Numbered from the stretch's first letter, positions 40,411-50,723 are shown. The stretch: 64,000 bases of DNA from an uncultured Desulfospira sp. (GCA_963663165.1 OY760175.1:1568001-1632000), one strand, 5' to 3'. Program-made: numbers and translations. Notes: generated by a model from the letters alone, not told the origin.

Positions 40411-41079
40411 ATGAACATTCTTTTTTTCGGACCAAACGGCAGCGGCAAGGGAACCCAGGGGAAAATCCTCAAAGACAAATACAACATTGCCCATGTAGAA
40501 TCCGGTGCCATTTTCCGTGACAACATCAAGGGCGGCACCGAGCTTGGCAAAAAAGCCAAAGAATACATTGACAAAGGTGATCTGGTGCCCGACGATATCA
40601 CCATCCCCATGATGATCGACCGCATCAAAAAAGATGACTGTAAAAATGGATGGCTCCTTGACGGATTCCCGAGAAACAAAGTCCAGGCTGAAAAACTTCA
40701 TGCCTCTCTTGAAGCAGAAGGCATTAAACTCAACTATGTCATTGAAATGCTCCTTGACCGTGAGATTGCCAAAAACAGAATCATGGGCCGCCGGCTCTGT
40801 GAAAACGACAACAACCATCCCAACAACATCTTTATTGACGCCATCAAACCCGACGGAGACAAATGCCGGGTCTGCGGCGGCGCCTTAAGCGCCCGGGATG
40901 ACGACCAGGATGAAGGCGCCATTGATAAACGCCACTCCATCTATTATGACACCGATACCGGCACTTTGGCATCCGCCTACTATTTCAGAGATCTTGCCGA
41001 TGCCCCGTTCAAATACATCACCCTTAACGGCGAACAGGCTTTGCCGGATGTGACGGCAGAGCTGGTCTCCAAATTATAG
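40411..41079 (+). CDS. adk: Adenylate kinase
   Basis: GPNGSGKGTQ, GDLVPD, LLDGFPR, LID region with Cys/His ligands. Confidence 0.95.
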   Translation: MNILFFGPNGSGKGTQGKILKDKYNIAHVESGAIFRDNIKGGTELGKKAKEYIDKGDLVPDDITIPMMIDRIKKDDCKNGWLLDGFPRNKVQAEKLHASLEAEGIKLNYVIEMLLDREIAKNRIMGRRLCENDNNHPNNIFIDAIKPDGDKCRVCGGALSARDDDQDEGAIDKRHSIYYDTDTGTLASAYYFRDLADAPFKYITLNGEQALPDVTAELVSKL

Positions 41080-41081
41080 TA

Positions 41082-41229
41082 TAGTGTTTGGGCGATAAGT
41101 CACCCATCTGCTGCGTTGCAAAAAAATTTGCAATCCTCACAACCCTTAAGGTTGCTCCGGTTGCAAATTTTTTTGCGCCTTGCATATGGGCAACTTCTCA
41201 CCCAAACACGGGCTCTCGTTCAGACACCA
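41082..41229. mobile_element. MITE-like element, copy 2 (inverted)
   Basis: Reverse complement aligns with 30037-30203 (e.g. gcaacgcagcagatgggtgactt, aaccggagcaacc). Confidence 0.8.
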
Positions 41230-41244
41230 TCTGATCTGAAAAAT

Positions 41245-41288
41245 AAAAACGCCGTTGCAGGTTTTTTTACCTGAAAAGGCGTTTTTTT
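41245..41288 (+). terminator. Probable terminator after adk
   Basis: aaaacgcc...ggcgttttttt imperfect stem with T run. Confidence 0.55.
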
Positions 41289-41327
41289 ATGCTGGGGCTT
41301 AAGCGCCTATGCTACTGTGTCGCAAAA

Positions 41328-41407
41328 GTAGGAGCGGGCCATGCCCGCGATCGGATCGCGGGCATGGCCCGCTCCTACGCCGCAACCAGAGGGAACTGCA
41401 AATCCGG
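41328..41407. repeat. GTAG-type REP palindrome with conserved 3' tail
   Basis: gtaggagcgggccatgcccgcgatcggatcgcgggcatggcccgctcctac + gcaaccagagggaactgcaaatccgg; near-identical to 52174-52253. Confidence 0.85.
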
Positions 41408-41422
41408 CCTTCGGTCTTCGGC

Positions 41423-41926
41423 CTAAACCCCTTTGAATTCCTTGGGCCTTAAGAATGCCGTTAATTTAATAGAGGCTTTTGATATCTCCTGCCAGGTGCA
41501 ATTTTCCGTTACGGTCAGCTGGGCGTATCCGCATGTGGGGATATTGTCGATATGCCGGTGGCCAAGTTCATTGCACAGATCCGTTAGGGCCGGGTTATGG
41601 CCGACAATCAGCACATCCGTTAAAGTCTCGTCGTGTAATTGAATAAAGCTGAGCAGATTTCTACTGTTAAACGTATACAGATCCGGTTCAATGGTCCATT
41701 CAAACGCCATGGTTTCCAGAGACTTTCGGATAAGTTCGATGGTGGACCTTGCCCTTAAGGCCGGGCTGCAAAACACGTGGTCAAAGCAGCATCCGGCCTC
41801 TACCAGGTGCCGGGCCATAAACTTGCCGGTGCGGACCCCGCGCTTGTTCAAGGGCCTGTCCACATCGGCAAGGGAGCTGTCCTTCCAGCTTGACTTGGCA
41901 TGCCGGATCAGGTGTAGGGTTTTCAC
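41423..41926 (-). CDS. SixA-type histidine phosphatase
   Basis: LIRHAKSSW, DRPLNKRG, SPALRA, VGHNP, PTCG. Confidence 0.88.
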   Translation of the reverse strand: MKTLHLIRHAKSSWKDSSLADVDRPLNKRGVRTGKFMARHLVEAGCCFDHVFCSPALRARSTIELIRKSLETMAFEWTIEPDLYTFNSRNLLSFIQLHDETLTDVLIVGHNPALTDLCNELGHRHIDNIPTCGYAQLTVTENCTWQEISKASIKLTAFLRPKEFKGV

Positions 41927-41934
41927 GGCCCCGC

Positions 41935-43374
41935 CTATTTCCCCTCAAACCGCCAGAACGTCCCTGAAGGCCCGTCTTCCAGGACAATGTTCATGGCCTG
42001 CAGCTGGTCCCTGATTTCGTCGGCCCGGGCAAAATTCTTTGACTTCCGGGCTGCGGTTCTTTCTTCAATGAGCTTGTCGATATCGGCAGGGTCTATGGCC
42101 TGGTCGGCCATGCCCTTTTCTTTTTTGGCCGCAAACCAGTCTTTGGGGGCTTCCATGAAAATGCCCAGAACCCGGGACAGGGTCTTGATATCTCCGTACA
42201 CGGCTGACAATTCCGTTGCGGCCCCGGCATCGGGAGAATCACCGGCATCATCTAAGATCTTGTTGCCCCGTTTCACGGCTTCAAACACAGAGCCAAGGGC
42301 CCTGGCCGAATTAAAATCATCGTTCATGGCCGTTGTAAAATCTTCCCACAGACCGCCCCGGTTTTGATCATCCCCCGTAATCCCGGCGTCTTCAAGCCGT
42401 TCTAAAAAGGCATAAATCCGGTCCAGGCCCAAAGACACCTCCCGCATGGAATCTTCATTGTAGTCAATGGGGCTTCGGTAATGCTTGGACAAAAGAAACA
42501 GCCGGATCACCTCGGGGGAATAGTCGGCCAGAACCTCCTTGATCATGGTAAAATTGCCCAGGGATTTGGACATTTTTTCATTGTTGATATCCACAAACCC
42601 GTTGTGGATCCAGTATTTGACAAACTGGCACCCGAACAGGGCCTCGCTTTGGGCGATTTCGTTTTCGTGGTGGGGGAAAATCAGGTCCTTTCCCCCGCCA
42701 TGGATGTCAAACCCCTGGCCCAGGTACTCAGCGCTCATGGCCGAGCATTCAATGTGCCAGCCGGGCCGTCCCTTTCCCCAGGGGCTGTCCCAGGAAGGCT
42801 CGCCGGGTTTGGCCGGTTTCCATAAGGTAAAATCAAGGGGGCTTTGTTTTTTTTCATCTACGGCGATCCTGGCTCCGGCCCTCATGTCCTCGGGGTTCCG
42901 GCCGGATAACTTGCCGTATTCTTCAAAAGAATCAATGGAAAAATAAACATCCCCGCCCGGGACATGGTAGGCCTTGCCCTTGTCTATGAGCTTTTGGATA
43001 AAATCAATGATGTGCCGGATATGCTCGGTGGCCTTGGGCTCCATGGTGGGCCGAAGGACATTCAGGGCGTCCATTTCATTGTGGAATTCATCAATATACT
43101 TTTCCGTGATGGCCGTGCAGGTTTCGCCGGTTTCATTGGATTTTCTGATGATCTTGTCATCCACATCCGTAAAATTTCTCACATAGGTCACCTCAAAGCC
43201 GATCTGCCCCAACCACCTGAAAATCATATCAAAGACCACCACGGACCGGGCATGGCCAATGTGACTGGTGTCATACACCGTGGGACCGCACACGTACATC
43301 CCCACCTTTCCCTCGTTAATGGGAACAAATGCTTCCTTTTTTCCAGCCAATGTGTTGTAAATTTTCAAATCCAT
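41935..43374 (-). CDS. cysS: Cysteine--tRNA ligase
   Basis: CGPTVY, HIGH, GRPGWHIECSAM, KMSKS. ATG at 43374 overlaps the ispF stop. Confidence 0.97.
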   Translation of the reverse strand: MDLKIYNTLAGKKEAFVPINEGKVGMYVCGPTVYDTSHIGHARSVVVFDMIFRWLGQIGFEVTYVRNFTDVDDKIIRKSNETGETCTAITEKYIDEFHNEMDALNVLRPTMEPKATEHIRHIIDFIQKLIDKGKAYHVPGGDVYFSIDSFEEYGKLSGRNPEDMRAGARIAVDEKKQSPLDFTLWKPAKPGEPSWDSPWGKGRPGWHIECSAMSAEYLGQGFDIHGGGKDLIFPHHENEIAQSEALFGCQFVKYWIHNGFVDINNEKMSKSLGNFTMIKEVLADYSPEVIRLFLLSKHYRSPIDYNEDSMREVSLGLDRIYAFLERLEDAGITGDDQNRGGLWEDFTTAMNDDFNSARALGSVFEAVKRGNKILDDAGDSPDAGAATELSAVYGDIKTLSRVLGIFMEAPKDWFAAKKEKGMADQAIDPADIDKLIEERTAARKSKNFARADEIRDQLQAMNIVLEDGPSGTFWRFEGK

Positions 43375-43877
43375 TATTTCTCTTTCCCCAAAATAGATTT
43401 TATGAGTACCGTACACTGGGCGGCTATGCCCTCGCCCCTGCCGATAAACCCCAATTGTTCCGTGGTGGTGGCCTTGACGTTGACCCGGTCGGGATCAAGG
43501 TCCAGCACCCTTGCCATATGATCTTCCATTTTCCGTTTATAAGGGCCCAGGCGAGGTGCCTGGGCATACACCACACAATCTGCATTACAGATGGCGTACC
43601 CTTTCTTGGCCAGCAACTCAAGACACTGTTTTAAAAGAAGTGAACTTGATATCCCCTTGTACTGCGGGTCGTTATCGGGAAAATGCTCCCCAATGTCCCC
43701 CAACCCGGCAGCCCCGAGGATGGCATCACACAGGGCATGGATCAGCACATCCGCATCCGAGTGGCCCAAAAGCCCCTTATCATGCTCAATTTTCACTCCG
43801 CCCAGGATCAAGTCCCGGCCGGAGACCAGCTGGTGGACATCGGTCCCGAATCCTACCCTGATGTCTGTGTCTGTCAT
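43374..43877 (-). CDS. ispF: 2-C-methyl-D-erythritol 2,4-cyclodiphosphate synthase
   Basis: GTDVH, GHSDADV, DIGEHFP, NVKATTTE. Confidence 0.96.
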   Translation of the reverse strand: MTDTDIRVGFGTDVHQLVSGRDLILGGVKIEHDKGLLGHSDADVLIHALCDAILGAAGLGDIGEHFPDNDPQYKGISSSLLLKQCLELLAKKGYAICNADCVVYAQAPRLGPYKRKMEDHMARVLDLDPDRVNVKATTTEQLGFIGRGEGIAAQCTVLIKSILGKEK

Positions 43878-43887
43878 TTGTAATCCG

Positions 43888-43970
43888 TTTTAGCTGTTAG
43901 CTGTTAGCCGTTAGCTGTTAGCGGACAACCGCAATCTAAAAAGGCTAACGGCTGATTGCTAAAAGCTAAA
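43888..43970. repeat. Family A heptamer hairpin
   Basis: (ttagctg)x~5 ... ggctaacggctgattgctaaaagctaa. Confidence 0.85.
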
Positions 43971-44061
43971 TGTCAAAAGAATCTGATACCATATTCATAG
44001 ATTCTTTTAAAGATTGGTTTTTATATTGCCTTAATATAGGGGGATATTGTAAAAAAAAGCC

Positions 44062-44646
44062 ATGAATTCACCAAAAATTATAAGATGCCCCTGGTGCGGG
44101 GATGACCCGGTTTATATGGCCTACCATGACACGGAATGGGGGGTTCCGGTCCATGATGATCAAAAATTGTTTGAATTTTTGATCCTGGAAGGGGCCCAGG
44201 CCGGGCTGTCATGGCTGACCATCCTTAAACGAAGAAGCGGCTATAAAAAAGCGTTTGCCGGATTTGACCCTGAAAAAGTGGCCCGGTTTACGCCCCAGAA
44301 AATTGCCGGTCTTCTTCAGGACCCCGGAATCATCCGAAACAAGCTCAAGGTGAATGCTGCCGTGACCAACGCCCGGGCCTTTCTGGCCGTCCAGGAGGCA
44401 TTCGGCTCTTTTGACCAATATGCCTGGCAGTTTGTTGACGGCCGGCAAAAGGTGAACCAGTATACCCGGTTCGACCAGGTCCCGGCCACCACAAAGGAGT
44501 CCGACGCCTTTTCAAAAGACCTGAAACAACGGGGATTCAAATTTACGGGCTCCACCATTATGTATGCCCATATGCAGGCCACCGGAATGGTGAACGACCA
44601 CCTGGTATCCTGTTTTCGATACCGGCAGCTAACCGCTAAAAGCTAA
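44062..44646 (+). CDS. tag: DNA-3-methyladenine glycosylase I
   Basis: RCPW, YHDTEWG, LEGAQAGLSW, IIRNKLK, GMVNDH. Confidence 0.95.
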   Translation: MNSPKIIRCPWCGDDPVYMAYHDTEWGVPVHDDQKLFEFLILEGAQAGLSWLTILKRRSGYKKAFAGFDPEKVARFTPQKIAGLLQDPGIIRNKLKVNAAVTNARAFLAVQEAFGSFDQYAWQFVDGRQKVNQYTRFDQVPATTKESDAFSKDLKQRGFKFTGSTIMYAHMQATGMVNDHLVSCFRYRQLTAKS

Positions 44647-44669
44647 CAGCTAATGGCTAACAGCTAAAA
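44626..44669. repeat. Family A heptamer tract overlapping the tag stop codon
   Basis: cagctaa ccgctaa aagctaa cagctaa tggctaa cagctaa. Confidence 0.85.
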
Positions 44670-44681
44670 GGAGAAAAACAC

Positions 44682-46247
44682 ATGCTTCTCGTAACCGCCA
44701 GGCAGATGCAGAATATGGACGGATACACCATTAACGAGCTGGGCATTCCCGGCCGGGTCCTCATGGAAAATGCCGGCAGAGGCGCCGTTGACATGTTTAT
44801 CCGAAAATTTTCCCCTGATCACCGCACCAAGGTAGGCATGGTGGCCGGCCGGGGCAACAACGGGGGGGACGGGTTTGTCATGGCCCGGTATCTCATGGAA
44901 ATGGATGTGCCGGTAACCATGTTTTTATTGTCCCATAAGGAAAAAGTGACCGGGGATGCCGCCGCCAATCTTTCACTGGCCCAGCAACTTCTTGAACACC
45001 ACCCTTGCTCAAAACTCATTGAAATCCCCGATGCCGACACCCTTAAAAAGAACAGGGCCGCCCTGGTCCACCAGGATCTTTTTATTGACGCCATTTTCGG
45101 CACCGGCCTGAATGCCCAGGTCAGGGGATTTTTCAAAGAGGTGATCCAGCTGCTCAACCAGACCGGCAGACCCATCTTTGCCGTGGATATTGCCTCAGGC
45201 CTGAATGCCGATACCGGAAAGCCTTTAGGCGAGGCCGTCAGGGCCTCGGCCACCGCCACCTTTGCCCATGCCAAAGCCGGGCATATTCTCTACCCGGGAA
45301 ATGATTACACCGGAGACCTTGAGGTCATTGACATCGGCATTCCCGGGTTTGTCACCCAGAATGAAGGCATCGGCCTCCGTGTGGTTGAAACCGCCTATAT
45401 CGCCCCCCTGTTCCCCCAAAGGCCCTTTAACAGCCATAAGGGAACTTTCGGCCATGCCCTGATTCTGGCCGGATCTCCCGGAAAAACAGGGGCTGCCGCC
45501 CTGTGCGCCAATGCCGCGGTCCGGACAGGGGCGGGACTGGTGACCTTAGGCCTTCCCAGCAGCATCAACCCCTCAGTGGAGGCCATGGTCCTTGAGCCCA
45601 TGACCTTGCCACTGCCTGAAACCGTTAACGGAACCCTGAGTGCCGCCGGCTTTGACGCCATCATGTCACAAATAGACCACTTTCATGCCCTGGCCATGGG
45701 GCCCGGGATGGGTACGGATGAACAGACCCGGGACCTGGTCACCCGGCTCATTGAATATGTGGACATCCCCATGGTGATCGATGCCGACGGACTCAACTGC
45801 GTGGCCCAAAAGCCTGCCATCTTAAATACCCGGCACGCCCCCACCATTTTGACCCCCCACCCCGGAGAAATGGCAAGGCTGTGTGATACCACTCCGGATA
45901 AAGTCCAGGCCGACCGCATGGGATTGGCTGCGCAATTCGCAGGGGAATATGGGGTAATCCTGGTCCTTAAAGGGGCCCAGACCATCACGGCCCTGCCGGA
46001 CGGAAACATTTTCATCAATCCCACCGGAAATCCGGGCATGGCTTGCGGCGGCATGGGCGATGTGTTGACCGGCATCATTGCCGGGCTGGTGGCCCAGGGC
46101 CTGTCCGCTGACCATGCGGCCATGGCCGGCGTATTTCTTCACGGGCTCGGGGCCGATATTTTAGCCTGCAATTCACCGGGATTCGGCTTCACGGCATCGG
46201 ACCTGGTCCGTACCATTGCCCAAGCCATCCAAGAGACGATTGAATGA
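44682..46247 (+). CDS. nnr: Bifunctional NAD(P)H-hydrate epimerase/dehydratase
   Basis: LMENAG, GNNGGDG, DAIFGTG, SHKGTFG, LTPHPGEM, GGMGDVLTG. Confidence 0.93.
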   Translation: MLLVTARQMQNMDGYTINELGIPGRVLMENAGRGAVDMFIRKFSPDHRTKVGMVAGRGNNGGDGFVMARYLMEMDVPVTMFLLSHKEKVTGDAAANLSLAQQLLEHHPCSKLIEIPDADTLKKNRAALVHQDLFIDAIFGTGLNAQVRGFFKEVIQLLNQTGRPIFAVDIASGLNADTGKPLGEAVRASATATFAHAKAGHILYPGNDYTGDLEVIDIGIPGFVTQNEGIGLRVVETAYIAPLFPQRPFNSHKGTFGHALILAGSPGKTGAAALCANAAVRTGAGLVTLGLPSSINPSVEAMVLEPMTLPLPETVNGTLSAAGFDAIMSQIDHFHALAMGPGMGTDEQTRDLVTRLIEYVDIPMVIDADGLNCVAQKPAILNTRHAPTILTPHPGEMARLCDTTPDKVQADRMGLAAQFAGEYGVILVLKGAQTITALPDGNIFINPTGNPGMACGGMGDVLTGIIAGLVAQGLSADHAAMAGVFLHGLGADILACNSPGFGFTASDLVRTIAQAIQETIE

Positions 46248-46708
46248 TCCGGTTTACCTCAACATCAGACCAGGAGACCCGGAACTTCGGAAAAACCCTG
46301 GGAAAAATTCTTTCAGAAGGGATCACCATTGCCCTGACCGGGGATCTCGGGGCCGGGAAAACCACCCTGATCCAGGGGCTGGCCCAAGGGTTGGGGGTCA
46401 GCAAAGACTATTATGTGACCAGCCCTAGCTTTAACATCATCAATCAATATCCCACCCATGGGCTTAGCCTCTGCCATGTGGATCTTTACCGCCTCAGTGA
46501 TGTCGATGAACTGGCTGTCATCGGATTTGAAGACATCCTGGAACAGGGGGCTGTTGTCGCCGTAGAATGGCCGGACATCCTGCTGGAAACCGGTTTTAAA
46601 TTTGATCTTGAAATCAAATTTGAGTTTGATCCGGATTATAACCGGATCATTTCCGTTACAGGGTATGGACATCACCAAAAAAATCTGTTAAGCAAATTGT
46701 CCTTGTGA
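46244..46708 (+). CDS. tsaE: tRNA threonylcarbamoyladenosine biosynthesis ATPase
   Basis: GDLGAGKTT, VTSPSF, HVDLYRL, VEW. Confidence 0.95.
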   Translation: MIRFTSTSDQETRNFGKTLGKILSEGITIALTGDLGAGKTTLIQGLAQGLGVSKDYYVTSPSFNIINQYPTHGLSLCHVDLYRLSDVDELAVIGFEDILEQGAVVAVEWPDILLETGFKFDLEIKFEFDPDYNRIISVTGYGHHQKNLLSKLSL

Positions 46709-46770
46709 ACGTCACGGATGACACCGGACTTTGTAACCGGCTTCATCTACAACGAATAGTGAAAGATCAA

Positions 46771-46855
46771 GGATATGGGACTTGAGATATGGGACTTGGG
46801 GATCTTATAAGAAACCGCAGGATAACCCCAAGTCTCATGTCCCAAGCCCCATGTC
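46771..46855. repeat. Family B heptamer hairpin
   Basis: ggatatgggacttgagatatgggacttgggg ... ccccaagtctcatgtcccaagccccatgtc. Confidence 0.85.
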
Positions 46856-46885
46856 TTTCATACAACCAGTTTGCGGAGCAATTTT

Positions 46886-48154
46886 ATGGCGTTAAGAGTG
46901 CAAAAATACGGCGGTACATCCGTAGCAGATATTGACCGGATCTCCCATGTTGCCGACAGAGTCCAGAAAGCCTATGAAGCGGGTGACCAGGTGGTGGTTG
47001 TACTCTCGGCCATGGCCGGCGTAACCGACAACTTAATTTCCCTTGCCAGAAAGGCAGCCCAGAAACCCGACAAGAGGGAACTTGATGTCCTGCTGGCCAC
47101 CGGAGAGCAGACCACCGCGGCCCTGATGGCCATGATGCTCAAATCCAGGGGATACAAGGCCCGCTCCTTTTTGGGGTTTCAGGCCGGTATCCATACGGAC
47201 AACACACCCGGCAAGGCCAGGATTTTAAACATTGACTGCAACAAAATTAAAACGGCGCTCAATGAGGGGTATATCTGCGTGGTGGCCGGATTCCAGGGCC
47301 AGGATGATGACGGGGATATCACTACCTTGGGCCGGGGCGGATCAGACACCTCTGCAGTGGCCATCGCATCATCCCTTAATGCGGATGTATGTGAAATTTT
47401 TACCGACGTGAACGGCGTCTATACCACGGACCCGAGAATCTGTTCCCAGGCCCGTAAAATTTCACGGATATCTTATGAGGAAATGCTTGAAATGGCAATT
47501 CTCGGAGCAAAGGTACTCCAGATCCGCTCTGTGGAATTTGCTAAAAAATTCAATGTGCCCGTGCATGTCAGGTCATCATTCAACGAGGAGGAAGGAACAA
47601 TGGTAGTCAATGAAAGTTCTGATATGGAAAGTGTGGTGGTGTCCGGCATTACCTGTGATTTGAACGAAGCCCGGATCACTTTAAAAAAGGTGCCGGACCA
47701 GCCCGGGATATCCGCCAAGGTCTTCGGGCCTCTGGCTGAAGCGGAAATCATGGTGGACATGATCATCCAGAACACCCGTTCCGGCGGGGAAACCGATTTG
47801 ACCTTTACCGTGCCCCAGGACGAGTTTGACCGGGCCCTGGAGATTTCAGAAAAGGTGATCAAGGAAATTGGCGGGACAGAAGTCCTGACCGCCAAGGAGA
47901 TTGCCAAAGTCTCGGTGATCGGACTTGGCATGAAAAGCCATTCCGGGGTCGCCGCCACCATGTTTGAGGCCCTGGCATCGGAAAATATCAATATCCGGCT
48001 GATCGCCACATCGGAAATCCGGATATCCTGCGTCATCCTGGCCAAATATGCGGAGCTTGCCGTAAGGACCCTTCACACGGCCTTTGGCCTGGACCAGGAA
48101 GGGGGCGCCCCCCAGTCTCACCTGATTAAGAAAACCGCCCACCCGACTGAGTAG
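46886..48154 (+). CDS. lysC: Aspartate kinase
   Basis: VQKYGGTSV, VVLSAM, TTLGRGGSDTSAV, two ACT domains, TSEIRIS. Confidence 0.95.
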   Translation: MALRVQKYGGTSVADIDRISHVADRVQKAYEAGDQVVVVLSAMAGVTDNLISLARKAAQKPDKRELDVLLATGEQTTAALMAMMLKSRGYKARSFLGFQAGIHTDNTPGKARILNIDCNKIKTALNEGYICVVAGFQGQDDDGDITTLGRGGSDTSAVAIASSLNADVCEIFTDVNGVYTTDPRICSQARKISRISYEEMLEMAILGAKVLQIRSVEFAKKFNVPVHVRSSFNEEEGTMVVNESSDMESVVVSGITCDLNEARITLKKVPDQPGISAKVFGPLAEAEIMVDMIIQNTRSGGETDLTFTVPQDEFDRALEISEKVIKEIGGTEVLTAKEIAKVSVIGLGMKSHSGVAATMFEALASENINIRLIATSEIRISCVILAKYAELAVRTLHTAFGLDQEGGAPQSHLIKKTAHPTE

Positions 48155-48160
48155 GGATTT

Positions 48161-48329
48161 AGACTGAAGGCTGAAGGGGGTTAGGGTTGCGTATTCCTTC
48201 AGCCTAACCACCTTCAGCTTCTCGTTTCTTGTCTCTTGTCTCTTGTTTCCTGTCTCTTGTTTACTGTTTCTTGTTTCTTGTTTCCTGTTTCCTGTTTCTT
48301 GTTTCCTGTTTCTTGTCTCTTGTCTCTTG
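48161..48329. repeat. Family E hairpin (CTGAAGG/CCTTCAG) plus long family D tract (CTTGTTT/CTTGTCT) overlapping the lon 3' end
   Basis: ctgaaggctgaagg...ccttcag...ccttcag, then about 15 cttgtct/cctgttt units. Confidence 0.85.
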
Positions 48330-50723
48330 CCCAAATACCACCTCAAAGACATCCTTATATGTCTTGGCAAAATGAAAGGTAATCCCCTCCTTGATATGGT
48401 CGGGCAGTTTTTTAAAATCCGGCATACACCCTTCAGGTAAAATAATTTCACTGACCCCGGCCCGCCGGGCCGCAATGATTTTTTCCTTGATTCCGCCCAC
48501 GGGCAGAACCTTTCCGGTCAGGGTAATTTCACCGGTCATGGCCAACGGCCGGTTCACCGATCTCCCCCTGGCCAGGGAAATCAGGGCTGTTGTCAGGGTG
48601 ATCCCGGCACTGGGCCCGTCCTTGGGGGTCGCTCCCTCGGGCACATGGACATGGATAAAAGAGGATTCAAAATAATCTTTTTTGATTCCAAACTCCTTGA
48701 GATGGGCCTGGACAAAGGAAAAGGCAATGGTGGCCGATTCCTGCATGACCTCCCCGAGTTTTCCGGTCAGCTTGAATCCGGCCGTTTTTTCATGGACCTT
48801 TACCGCCTCAATGGGAAGGGTGGCCCCGCCCATGGATGTCCAGGCAAGGCCGGTGACCACGCCCACCCCTTTCATCTGCTTTTCAGTCTTAAACATGGGC
48901 GGCCCTAAAATTTCCTCTAAGGACTTTATGGAAATCCGGATCTTTTTTTCGTTTTCCTTTAATATTTTGACAATGCTCTTTCTGATGATCTTGTTGAGCA
49001 GTTTTTCAAGGGTTCTGACCCCGGCCTCCCGGGCATACCCCTCAATGAGCTGCCGGATGGTGGGATCGGTGATGGTAATGGTGGCCGATGTCAGTTTGTT
49101 TCGTTTCAAGAGCTTTGGCCAGAGGTGTTTTTTGGCGATCTCCATTTTTTCCGATGTAATGTAGCCGGACAGGTTGATCTGGTCCATCCGGTCCAGCAAC
49201 GGCCCCGGAATGGTGTCCAGCTGATTGGCCGTGCAGATGAACAGCACCTTGGACAAATCAATCCGGAGATCCAGGTAATGATCCAGGAACTCGGAATTCT
49301 GCTCAGGGTCTAAAACTTCAAGCAGGGCCGATGCCGGGTCCCCCTGGTAGGACGCCCCGATCTTGTCCACCTCGTCCAGCATAACCACAGGGTTGGCCAC
49401 GCCAGTATCCTTTAAGGCCTGGACCATCTTGCCGGGAAGGGCCCCCACGTAAGTCCGCCGATGCCCCTTGATTTCAGCTTCGTCCCGCATGCCGCCCAGG
49501 CTGAACCGGTAAAATTTTCTGCCCAACGCCTCGGCAATGGATTTTCCAATGGAGGTTTTCCCCACGCCGGGAGGCCCTACAAAAAGAATTATAGAGCCGG
49601 AAATATCCTTGCGGTAAATCCCTTGGGCAAAAAATTCAATAATCCGTTCTTTGACATCGGCAAGGCCGGCATGATCCCGGTCCAGCACCTCTTCGGCCCG
49701 CTTAATGTCGATGTTGTCTTCAGAATAGACCCCCCAGGGAAAAGAGGTGACCCAGTCCAGATAATTTCGGGTCACCCCGTATTCGGAAGACCCGGTTTCC
49801 AGCACGGACAATTTCTCAATCTCTTCTGAAAACCGTTTGACCACATGCTCCGGCGGGTCCAGCTGTTCAAACCTTTCCTTGAACTTGTCCACATCTGATG
49901 TCTTGTCATCTTTCTGGATGCCCAGTTCTTTTTGAATGGCCTTGAGCTGCTCCCTTAAAAAAAACTTGCGCTTGTTCTCATCCACCTTGACGTTGATGTC
50001 TTTCTGGATTTTGGTCTGGAGCTTGGCAATTTCAATTTCTTTTTGAAGGAGCATTAACACCTGTTTCATCCGCTCAATAACGGATTCGGTCTCCAGAATC
50101 TTCTGGAGTTCATCTCCGGAAGCCGTGGTAATGCCGGCGGCAAAGTCGGTCAGGGGAGACGGCTGGTCCGGGCTGAACCGCCCTAAATACTGTTTGAGTT
50201 CTTCAGAGTACAATGGGTTTAAGGACAGCAGCTGCTTGATGGAAGATATGATGGAAATGCCGTAAGCCTTGAGCTTATCCTCATCCTCCTGCAGGTCTTC
50301 GAAATACTCCACCTGAACCACAAAAGGCGGCGAATTTGACAGAAATTTCTTGATCCGGAACCGTTCCAGGCCCTGGGCAATGAACTGAAGATTGTTTTCC
50401 ACCTCCACGACGTTGAGCATCCGGACCACGCATCCCACCTTAGGAAAATCTTCTTCATCCAGATCTTTTCCCCTCACATTGCTCAGGTAGGAGAGCCCAA
50501 GAAGATTTCTTGAATCCCGGGACGCTTTCATCAACGTTTCCTCCCAGCGGTCTTTGCTGACCACTAAGGGCTGGACCTGGGCCGGCATGTGGGGACGTCC
50601 GGTGATAGGAACCAAATAAAGTATTTCCGGCTTGAACTTTTGCTCAACCAGCTGACCTTTTTGGTCCATTCCGTCATCGTCATTTACTATTTCAGGGGTA
50701 ATCGGGCTGTTGTCATCCGTCAC
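48261..50723 (-). CDS. lon: ATP-dependent protease La
   Basis: LON N-domain, GPPGVGKTS, LDEVDK, PKDGPSAG, AMTGE, VGGIKEK. Confidence 0.96.
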   Translation of the reverse strand: MTDDNSPITPEIVNDDDGMDQKGQLVEQKFKPEILYLVPITGRPHMPAQVQPLVVSKDRWEETLMKASRDSRNLLGLSYLSNVRGKDLDEEDFPKVGCVVRMLNVVEVENNLQFIAQGLERFRIKKFLSNSPPFVVQVEYFEDLQEDEDKLKAYGISIISSIKQLLSLNPLYSEELKQYLGRFSPDQPSPLTDFAAGITTASGDELQKILETESVIERMKQVLMLLQKEIEIAKLQTKIQKDINVKVDENKRKFFLREQLKAIQKELGIQKDDKTSDVDKFKERFEQLDPPEHVVKRFSEEIEKLSVLETGSSEYGVTRNYLDWVTSFPWGVYSEDNIDIKRAEEVLDRDHAGLADVKERIIEFFAQGIYRKDISGSIILFVGPPGVGKTSIGKSIAEALGRKFYRFSLGGMRDEAEIKGHRRTYVGALPGKMVQALKDTGVANPVVMLDEVDKIGASYQGDPASALLEVLDPEQNSEFLDHYLDLRIDLSKVLFICTANQLDTIPGPLLDRMDQINLSGYITSEKMEIAKKHLWPKLLKRNKLTSATITITDPTIRQLIEGYAREAGVRTLEKLLNKIIRKSIVKILKENEKKIRISIKSLEEILGPPMFKTEKQMKGVGVVTGLAWTSMGGATLPIEAVKVHEKTAGFKLTGKLGEVMQESATIAFSFVQAHLKEFGIKKDYFESSFIHVHVPEGATPKDGPSAGITLTTALISLARGRSVNRPLAMTGEITLTGKVLPVGGIKEKIIAARRAGVSEIILPEGCMPDFKKLPDHIKEGITFHFAKTYKDVFEVVFGQETRDKKQETRNRKQETRNKKQ

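Noticed and set aside
47846..48475. 209-aa ORF with KQETRN repeats
   Set aside because: Alternative frame through the heptamer tract, overlapping lon and lysC.
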